NCBI GenBank assembly: GCA_022709735.1
Contig: JAKLIG010000002.1
Span: forward strand, 65,949-129,948
DNA: 64,000 nucleotides
Origin: Patescibacteria group bacterium
Lineage (GTDB): Bacteria > Patescibacteriota > Minisyncoccia > Moranbacterales > UBA2206
Direction: 5' to 3'
Of the stretch, positions 57,141 to 64,000 are shown piece by piece. Position numbers and translations under genes: made by a program. Position 1 is the stretch's first letter, and each line of letters opens with the position of its first letter. The notes under the pieces were generated by a model. The model saw only the letters and a list, made by a program, of their open reading frames with translations. It made no database searches and was not told the origin of the DNA.

Positions 57141-58298
57141 ATGTCTATTCTCAAAAAAATATTTTTTCTTTCTATTTTTATTTTTTTTCTTTCCCTGCTT
57201 TTTTGGGGTATTTATACCTTGTCTTTTAAAAAAACAGAAGTAGCTGAAAATGAAAATGCGCCAACAGATAATAATTCTATTATTGATAGCGCTCTCGACA
57301 AAATTATACCTACCTCTAACGCAAAAATTTCTGTAATTTCTCAAGAAGCCCTTATTTCTCCGCTCATTTCAACAGATGAAGATAAAATTTGGTATTTTTC
57401 CACCTCTGGAGAATTAAAAGAATTCGATCTTGCTGGAAGCGCTCAAAAAAATTTGGCTGACAAAAAAATTACTGGCGTTTCAAAAGTTGTTTGGTCTCCA
57501 AATAAACTAAAGGCTTTATTGAAAATTAAAAATTCCGATGGAAGCAGCTCTTTTTCACTTTTTGACATAAAAACCGGCCAAGCCTCTCCCCTTAATGCAA
57601 ATATTAATGAAGTTTCATGGCTAGCAACTTCTGATAAAATTTTTTATAAATATTTTGACACAAAAAACAAAAAAAGCACGCTGAATATTTCCAGCCCAGA
57701 TGGGAGTGGTTGGAAAAAGCTGCTAGAGCTTCCTCATGATAAAATATTTTTCTACCAAATTCCAAGATCTGGATTGGTTTCTGTTTGGAACAATGGGGAC
57801 GCCTATTATCCAACTCTTCTTCAAACAATTTCTCTTATCGGGGAAGATTTGAAAACTCTATATAAGGATAGCTTTGGCGCCGATTATCTTTGGGACAATG
57901 CCGGAAATCATGCCTTAGTAAGCCAAACAGATACCAAGGGTGGAACAAAAATTCAACTTGGCGTCATAAATTATAACGGTGGAGAATATAAAAACCTCGG
58001 CCTCCCAACTTTCGCCTTTAAATGCTTGTGGTCTAAAGATAATATAACTATTTATTGCGCTCTTCCGGGAGAAATTCCTGACAATTCTATTTTGCCCAAT
58101 GATTATAAAGCCGGAAAATTTACCACATCTGATACTTTTTGGAAAATTAATATTGAAACAGGAGAAAAAAAGCGTCTAGTTGAAACTGCCGACATAAATA
58201 GCGCTTTCGACGCTTCAAATCTATTCGCCAATTCCGATGAAAGTTTGCTTTTCTTTGTGAATAAAATTGACGGAAAGTTATATAAAATAGCGCTATAG
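57141..58298 (+). CDS. secreted beta-propeller-like protein (TolB-like)
   Basis: N-terminal TM/signal. Repeated ~40-aa beta-rich blocks. Confidence 0.35.
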   Translation: MSILKKIFFLSIFIFFLSLLFWGIYTLSFKKTEVAENENAPTDNNSIIDSALDKIIPTSNAKISVISQEALISPLISTDEDKIWYFSTSGELKEFDLAGSAQKNLADKKITGVSKVVWSPNKLKALLKIKNSDGSSSFSLFDIKTGQASPLNANINEVSWLATSDKIFYKYFDTKNKKSTLNISSPDGSGWKKLLELPHDKIFFYQIPRSGLVSVWNNGDAYYPTLLQTISLIGEDLKTLYKDSFGADYLWDNAGNHALVSQTDTKGGTKIQLGVINYNGGEYKNLGLPTFAFKCLWSKDNITIYCALPGEIPDNSILPNDYKAGKFTTSDTFWKINIETGEKKRLVETADINSAFDASNLFANSDESLLFFVNKIDGKLYKIAL

Positions 58299-58299
58299 A

Positions 58300-59469
58300 T
58301 TATTTTTTAAGCGCTAAAAAATTAAGCCAAAAAACAATTGCCAAATCATTTTTGAAATAAGTCGTATCGAAAATCCCGTGAATTAAGATAACTAACATTA
58401 TCCCTAAAGCCATAAACAGAATCTCGCTTGGTTCTGTTTTTATTTTTTCAAATATTTTCTTAAACCAAAAAAATGTCAACACCAAAAAACCAATCAGACC
58501 AGAAATCCCGGAGTAAAGCCAGAAAGTTAGATATAAATTATTCGGATGAGGCACGGCCCATTCCAAATAGGGCGGATAGAACTTTTGGTATTTAAGATAT
58601 GTGTTTTGAAAATTCCCCGGCCCAATGCCGATCCAAAAATTATTTTCAATCATTTTCCCCGAGGCTTTCCAAATCATGATCCGAGAAGACAAGGATGATC
58701 GTGGATTAGCAGTCAATAAATCCGTTAGTTTTTTATTATTTATTTGAGAAAAGAAAAGCACTATAATAATTAAAATCGCTATTATTATATTTTTTAAAGA
58801 AATGCTCTTTTTTATTAAAGCTATAATCAAAAGAGCACCAAGCACCGCTATCCAAGCTCCATAAGAATAAGTGAAATAAAAAGCTATTAAAATTATTATC
58901 GATAAAAAAATAAGTAAATTTTTTAGTTTTAAGTTGCGATTTTGGATTTGAAACAGCGATATTATTATCGCTGGCGCCAAATACATTGCCAGATAATTTG
59001 GCGAATTAAAAAATCCGATTAATCGTCCATCATAAGTGAGATGGCCTAAAATTAAATAACCCATAGAAATCAGCGCCACCGTTGCCCCGGAAAAAAAATA
59101 AGCCCAAAAAATGTGGTCTATTTTTTCTTTTGGAATAATTATTCCTACCAGAAAAAGAAAAATCAGTGGGAACAAAAACCAGCCCTTTATTATTCCCCAT
59201 GATTCCAAATGATTGCCATTAAAAAAAGTGGAAAGAAAAATTCCGATCAGCATAAGCCCTCCGGCAATGATATATTTTTTATATCTTTGAAAAAAATCCT
59301 GAAAATTTATTTTTCCCTTGTCAGAAAAAAACCAGACTAGAAAAGTTGCAGAGATTATTATTTCTAAAACATTCGTTGAAAAAAATCCTATCTTTATTTT
59401 TGCCAAATAAAGCGGGATAAAAAACACCGTTAGATATATCAGATTTTCTAATATTTTTTTACTTTTCAT
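58300..59469 (-). CDS. O-antigen ligase/polymerase-family membrane protein
   Basis: Wzy_C-like motif SRIMIWKASGKMIENNFWIGIGPGNF. ~10 TM. Confidence 0.6.
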   Translation of the reverse strand: MKSKKILENLIYLTVFFIPLYLAKIKIGFFSTNVLEIIISATFLVWFFSDKGKINFQDFFQRYKKYIIAGGLMLIGIFLSTFFNGNHLESWGIIKGWFLFPLIFLFLVGIIIPKEKIDHIFWAYFFSGATVALISMGYLILGHLTYDGRLIGFFNSPNYLAMYLAPAIIISLFQIQNRNLKLKNLLIFLSIIILIAFYFTYSYGAWIAVLGALLIIALIKKSISLKNIIIAILIIIVLFFSQINNKKLTDLLTANPRSSLSSRIMIWKASGKMIENNFWIGIGPGNFQNTYLKYQKFYPPYLEWAVPHPNNLYLTFWLYSGISGLIGFLVLTFFWFKKIFEKIKTEPSEILFMALGIMLVILIHGIFDTTYFKNDLAIVFWLNFLALKK

Positions 59470-60781
59470 ATCGCGGGTTAAAACTGATTAGAATAAGAAA
59501 AAGCGCGAGAACCACCGGAGAATAAAGGCCGGTTTCCGCCAATGAATGCGCGGAAAAAATAATCAAACTTGCAAAAAATCCAGCGTACATCATATCTCTC
59601 TTGGAAAAAATCCAAAAATTAAGAAGTGTTATAAATAAAATTAAAATCCAAACTGCGCTAGCCAAAACGCCTTCTTCAACAGCAATGTCCAAATAAGTAT
59701 TATGCGCATAAATTGGATTTCGATAAATTGCTGTGTTATCAACCTCTAGAGAAAAATTACCAATACCCGTTCCAAAAAAAGGTTTTTCTCTAATTATTTC
59801 CAAGGATTTTCGCCACATATTTATCCGACCGGCATTCGACCCTTCATTCAAATCAAAACTAGAATCAAACCTTTCTGAAACCGGGCCAGGAACAGTCAGC
59901 ATTAAAACATAAAATATTACCGCCAAACCTGTCATTAATTTATATTTTCCTGTCATTCTTTTCCAAAAAATAAACAAGAAAACCAACGCCCCCGAGGCAA
60001 TTGCTAAATATCCTCCGCGAGAAAAAGTTAGAATATTCGCCAAAAAAATACTTATAAAAGAAATCGCCCAAATTTTTTTCTTTTCTGAAATTAACCCCGC
60101 ACCCATAAGCTTACTTGCTTTATCCGTAGACACTCGCTCGGAGTATTCTGGGTGCGGGGTAAAAAATAAAATCACAGAAAGCGGCAGCATCATTCCTAAA
60201 AACAAGGAGAAAGAATGCGGATCAGGGAAAGTTGCAATTCCACGGAAATAATTTTGCCCAGAAACACCAACAAACCAGCTCGGGTATTTCAAAACCATTT
60301 GCGTCAAGTTTTCTCCCCAAAAAACCGGGCCAATAAAATTTAGATAAACACTGGAAATTTTTTCATGGCTCCAAAAAAATTGAGAAAAAAATTGGAAAAT
60401 ACCAAAAATGGATACAGCTAGCCCGGACAAAACCAAAGCTTCTAAGGTTTTTATGATTTTTTCTCTCCTGTCTAAAATGCTTTTTGCTATAAAATAAATT
60501 GGAAAAATAGAAAATAAATAAGCGAGTTTTCTAAGCGCCCAGCCATAATTTTGCGCAAAAAACAAAGAAACTGCGCCAAGAAAAAGAAAAAACAAAATTA
60601 GTTTTGCCTGCGCATCAAATTTGAAAAACTCTTTTTTATTCTTAAATCGATTATAAAGCCAAGCGAAAAATAGAAACAAGATAAAAATTCTTATTGAAGC
60701 CAGATCAATGCCCGGCGCCGGGTTGAGCGCTATCTGAAAAGGCAGATAAAAACAAATAAATAGGAAAAAAATAAATATCAT
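59459..60781 (-). CDS. O-antigen ligase/polymerase-family membrane protein
   Basis: NAGRINMWRKSLEIIREKPFFGTGIGNF motif. ~11 TM. Confidence 0.6.
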   Translation of the reverse strand: MIFIFFLFICFYLPFQIALNPAPGIDLASIRIFILFLFFAWLYNRFKNKKEFFKFDAQAKLILFFLFLGAVSLFFAQNYGWALRKLAYLFSIFPIYFIAKSILDRREKIIKTLEALVLSGLAVSIFGIFQFFSQFFWSHEKISSVYLNFIGPVFWGENLTQMVLKYPSWFVGVSGQNYFRGIATFPDPHSFSLFLGMMLPLSVILFFTPHPEYSERVSTDKASKLMGAGLISEKKKIWAISFISIFLANILTFSRGGYLAIASGALVFLFIFWKRMTGKYKLMTGLAVIFYVLMLTVPGPVSERFDSSFDLNEGSNAGRINMWRKSLEIIREKPFFGTGIGNFSLEVDNTAIYRNPIYAHNTYLDIAVEEGVLASAVWILILFITLLNFWIFSKRDMMYAGFFASLIIFSAHSLAETGLYSPVVLALFLILISFNPRYEK

Positions 60782-60961
60782 ATAAATAGCTGGCTTGAAG
60801 ACGCCAAAGAATTAAAATTTTTACGGAATTCCTGTTTGAGAATTTGAATTTTATCTAAAAATTTCCATCGGTAGCTGTTGATTGAGGGAAATTTTTAGCT
60901 ATAAAATTCTGAATTCGAGTTTAATTTCGGAAAAATTTTAATTCTTTAATATTTTAACCTG

Positions 60962-61795
60962 TTAATAAAATAATTTTCCCAATATTTTCACTGTCAGCCA
61001 TTCCAAAAAATTACGGTGTTTTTTGAAATAATATTCTTGCGATCGATAATAATCTGCTTTTTGCACTTTTTTTTCTGGATAGCTTTTCCCTCCGATGTGT
61101 TTTATGGAAAAATTAGGTTGATATAAAATTTTCTTACCGGCCTTTTTTACTCTTTTGCAAAGATCCATATCTTCAAAATACATAAAAAAATTTTCGTCAA
61201 AACCTCCGATTTTTTGGAAAATTTCTTTTCTTATAAAAAGAGCGGCCGCCGAAACCCAATCCGCTTCAACTAAATTTCCTTTCTGCCAAAATTTTTTATT
61301 CCTTGAAAGTCCTAAATTATTTTTTATTAAATCCAAAATACCAAATTCATATCCCGCGCTCCATTTTTCAATTTCTCCATCTCTGGAATATAATCGACTG
61401 CCAGCAACCCCTAGTTCCTCATTTTTTTCAAATAATTTAAACGCTTCCTCTATTTCCAGCGAGATAATCTCCGTGTCTGGATTCAGAAAGAGCAAAATTT
61501 CTCCTTGGGAAAGTTTTGCTCCGACATTATTTCCAGCGCCAAAACCTAAATTTTTATGATTATTTATTATTTTTATTTCTGCTTTATTTTCCAAAATCAT
61601 TTCCAGTTTCTCTTCGATATCATTATTAACTATGATTATTTCAAAAGGAACTGCTGAATTTATTCTATCATAAATCGAATCAACGCATTTTTTCAAAAAA
61701 TCCGCACTTTTATAATTTACAATAATGACTGAGAGTTTTTTATTTGGCATATTTAAAATCATGATAGGCTTTTTGAACTGCTTTGGCGATAGCAT
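60962..61795 (-). CDS. family-2 glycosyltransferase
   Basis: LSVIIVNYKSADFLKKCVDSI...DMDLCKR. DxD-type GT2 fold signature. Confidence 0.75.
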   Translation of the reverse strand: MLSPKQFKKPIMILNMPNKKLSVIIVNYKSADFLKKCVDSIYDRINSAVPFEIIIVNNDIEEKLEMILENKAEIKIINNHKNLGFGAGNNVGAKLSQGEILLFLNPDTEIISLEIEEAFKLFEKNEELGVAGSRLYSRDGEIEKWSAGYEFGILDLIKNNLGLSRNKKFWQKGNLVEADWVSAAALFIRKEIFQKIGGFDENFFMYFEDMDLCKRVKKAGKKILYQPNFSIKHIGGKSYPEKKVQKADYYRSQEYYFKKHRNFLEWLTVKILGKLFY

Positions 61796-62597
61796 TTTTT
61801 TCGCGCTTCAAATCTTTTTTATTTTTGAGCTTTCGCAGAAAAGTATAGAAAAAAATCCAAGGGCGAAGAAAAAGAGAAGAGTTTTTTCGAAAAAAGATAA
61901 GCCCGGAAAGCACCAGCCAATAAATTTTATTTTCTTTTTTTTCTTGGCTTTTTTCAAGATGCAAAATCCGACTTTTGAGACAGACCGCCAATCTGTAGCC
62001 TTCTTTTTTAGCACGAAAACTGAAATCCGCATCCTCCCAATAAAGAAAATATTTTTCATCAAAAAGCCCGATGCGTCGAAAGACTTCTGCGCGAATTAGC
62101 ATAGCACAACCGGAGATATAATCAGAACCAAAGTAATTTTCTCTTAAAGTATTTCTTTCTTGAATGCTTTTCATTTTGAGCCAGTTAATTTTTCCGCCAG
62201 AAAACCAAATTCTCAATCCGTCGCTTTCAAAAATCAAAGGGCTGGCTATCCCGATTTTTTTATCTTCTTCCATCATTTCAACTAAAGAAACCAGGAAATT
62301 ATTTTCCACCTCTGTGTCATAATTTAAAAGCAATATATAATCTGCGCCTCGTTCAAGCGCATATTCAATCCCAATATTATTTCCCGCCGAGAATCCGAGA
62401 TTTTCGCTGTTTTTTATCAATGTTATCTTGGAAAACTCGCGCTTAATAAGTTCGAAGGATCCGTCGACTGAATTATTATCAACGAAAACCACTTCGAAGT
62501 TCGGATAATTTATTCGAAAAACGCTTGCAAGCGTTTTTTTTATAAAATCCTTTCCATTATAGTTTAAGATTATTATAAAAACTTTAGGGAAGTTCAT
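61740..62597 (-). CDS. family-2 glycosyltransferase
   Basis: VFIIILNYNGKDFIKKTLASV N-terminus. YWEDADFSFR. Confidence 0.75.
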   Translation of the reverse strand: MNFPKVFIIILNYNGKDFIKKTLASVFRINYPNFEVVFVDNNSVDGSFELIKREFSKITLIKNSENLGFSAGNNIGIEYALERGADYILLLNYDTEVENNFLVSLVEMMEEDKKIGIASPLIFESDGLRIWFSGGKINWLKMKSIQERNTLRENYFGSDYISGCAMLIRAEVFRRIGLFDEKYFLYWEDADFSFRAKKEGYRLAVCLKSRILHLEKSQEKKENKIYWLVLSGLIFFRKNSSLFLRPWIFFYTFLRKLKNKKDLKREKNAIAKAVQKAYHDFKYAK

Positions 62598-63993
62598 ATT
62601 GTGCTGTTTCCTTTTTGCTAATTATACTGGTAATTTCCTGTGTTTTCACAACTTTAAATATCCAAATAAAAACAATGTAGACCGCTGTTCCAGAAAAAGC
62701 AAGAAGGAAAAAATTCATTTTTGAAAATATGAAAAAATAAACCGCCATTACAGCGCCGGAAAGCAATATCGCCCAAAATTTTTCCGCCTTTGGAAAATAG
62801 CCGAGATCTTTGACCGCCACATAAAAAGCAGCTAGCGTTACAAAAAGTTCTGTTGCCGTTGAAATAATCGCGGCGGCAAGATAGGAATAGCGCGGGATAA
62901 AAATTAGGTTGGCCGAGACATTGAAAATCGCGGCAATCGCCATAATTGTCATTAATTTTTTTTGCTTGTTGCCAGAAATCAAAATAACATTGAAAAAATT
63001 GCCAAAGAATATGCAACCTAAAGAAAAAATCAAAATACGAAGAACAACACTGGAAGCAAAAAATCCTTTTCCGCCGATAAGCTCAACAATTCCTCCCGAA
63101 AGAAACATTGTTCCAATAATAAGCGGGATGACAAAAATCCAAAAAACCTTGAAAGTTTTGTCAGAAATATTTTGAAAACTTTTTTTATCAGAAAAAATAT
63201 TTTTCGCCATAATCGGGAAAACCAAGCCCGCTATCATTGCCGGAAAAAAAGAAATATTTTCTATCACCTTGTAAGCTACATTATAAATCCCAACTTCCGC
63301 GCTGGTTTTCAAAACAGAAAGCAAAATTGTATCAATCTTAAAATAAATAAAACTAATTATCGCTGCAATCCCGAGCGGATAAGATTCTTTTACGAATTTT
63401 TTCCAATACACTATGTCAAACTTAAAAGAAAAAGAAATATATTTTTTTGACCAGAAATAAACCAGAAAAAAACTAAGCGCCATATTAAGAAGAAGCGAAG
63501 ATATTATCCAAAGAAAATTGAGCTTGAATTTTATGGCGAAAAAAATAAATAGCACCTGGACAATTTTCCCAAGAAGTTCCGCAACTGCTACTCGGTCCAT
63601 TGCTAAATTTTTTTGAAATATGCCGTTCAATACTTGGTACGATGAAGAAAAAAGAAAGGATAGCGCAACTATAATGATCGCTTCTTTGACTTCAGTCGGG
63701 TAAGGAAAGAAAAAGACAACCACTGGAGATAGGATCAAAACGACAAGCGAGATGATCATCCGCAGAGTGAAAATATTCCCAACAATTTTTTCTTCATCCG
63801 CCCCAGGACGGGAAATTTCTCGAGTAACTGTGGAATATAGCCCGAGATCAGCAATAGCTGTAAAAAAAGATAAAAACGCCAACACTGTGGCGTAATTTCC
63901 AAAACCAGCTTGCCCCAAATATCGAGTAATGAGGCCAATAGAAACTAAAGCTAAAATAGTCGAGAGAATTTTAGAAAAACTACTAAATGCCAC
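62584..63993 (-). CDS. Wzx-type oligosaccharide flippase (polysaccharide biosynthesis protein family)
   Basis: 469 aa with ~12-14 TM. N-terminal ILSTILALVSIGLITRYLGQAGFGNYATVLAFLSFF is typical of MOP/Wzx flippases. Confidence 0.65.
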   Translation of the reverse strand: MAFSSFSKILSTILALVSIGLITRYLGQAGFGNYATVLAFLSFFTAIADLGLYSTVTREISRPGADEEKIVGNIFTLRMIISLVVLILSPVVVFFFPYPTEVKEAIIIVALSFLFSSSYQVLNGIFQKNLAMDRVAVAELLGKIVQVLFIFFAIKFKLNFLWIISSLLLNMALSFFLVYFWSKKYISFSFKFDIVYWKKFVKESYPLGIAAIISFIYFKIDTILLSVLKTSAEVGIYNVAYKVIENISFFPAMIAGLVFPIMAKNIFSDKKSFQNISDKTFKVFWIFVIPLIIGTMFLSGGIVELIGGKGFFASSVVLRILIFSLGCIFFGNFFNVILISGNKQKKLMTIMAIAAIFNVSANLIFIPRYSYLAAAIISTATELFVTLAAFYVAVKDLGYFPKAEKFWAILLSGAVMAVYFFIFSKMNFFLLAFSGTAVYIVFIWIFKVVKTQEITSIISKKETAQYELP

Positions 63994-64000
63994 ATTGTAG

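Overview
The window reads as a low-GC (~33%) chromosome segment from a small-genome bacterium, most plausibly Candidate Phyla Radiation / Patescibacteria. That lineage call is inference from composition, gene size and gene content.

**Housekeeping backbone.** gyrA, rpsA, cmk, tilS, ftsH, a UvrD/PcrA helicase, rpsO, pnp, lspA, a ComM/YifB Mg-chelatase-like ATPase, ksgA/rsmA, a Xer-type tyrosine recombinase, NUDIX, YraN, DksA/TraR, an RlpA-like protein and two TrmB-family regulators.

**tRNAs.** Six were found by eye. On the minus strand: Arg-CCU, Ala-CGC, Val-CAC and Ala-GGC. On the plus strand: Val-GAC and Met-CAU. A degenerate partial copy of the tRNA-Arg 3' half lies directly beside the intact gene.

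**Accessory content, from most to least interesting:**
- A ~15.5 kb type IV secretion-like cluster (42.8-58.3 kb). It encodes secreted proteins, a VirB6/TrbL-like membrane protein, a VirB3-like protein, a VirB4 ATPase split into two ORFs at an A5 tract, a CPBP protease, a 930-aa surface protein and two VirB2/TrbC-like pilins. No relaxase or coupling protein is visible.
- A GC-shifted island (14.7-16.7 kb) with three tandem Cys-rich cationic mini-ORFs and an OMP-decarboxylase-fold (type-2 PyrF-like) enzyme.
- An 840-bp gene-free region carrying a near-consensus promoter and GC-rich hairpins, likely an unidentified structured ncRNA.
- A cell-surface polysaccharide cluster at the 3' end: two O-antigen-ligase-like proteins, two GT2 glycosyltransferases and a Wzx flippase.

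**Dispersed short repeats.** The sequence is densely seeded with them. They include palindromes and heptamer or short tandem repeats that sit in frame inside core genes: an O-antigen-ligase-like gene, uvrD, ksgA and lspA. This recalls Rickettsia palindromic elements. Four further short repeat families occur at or between gene boundaries.

No CRISPR array, rRNA or transposase was seen. All coordinates I derived by eye may be off by 1-2 nt; CDS coordinates follow the supplied ORF track.
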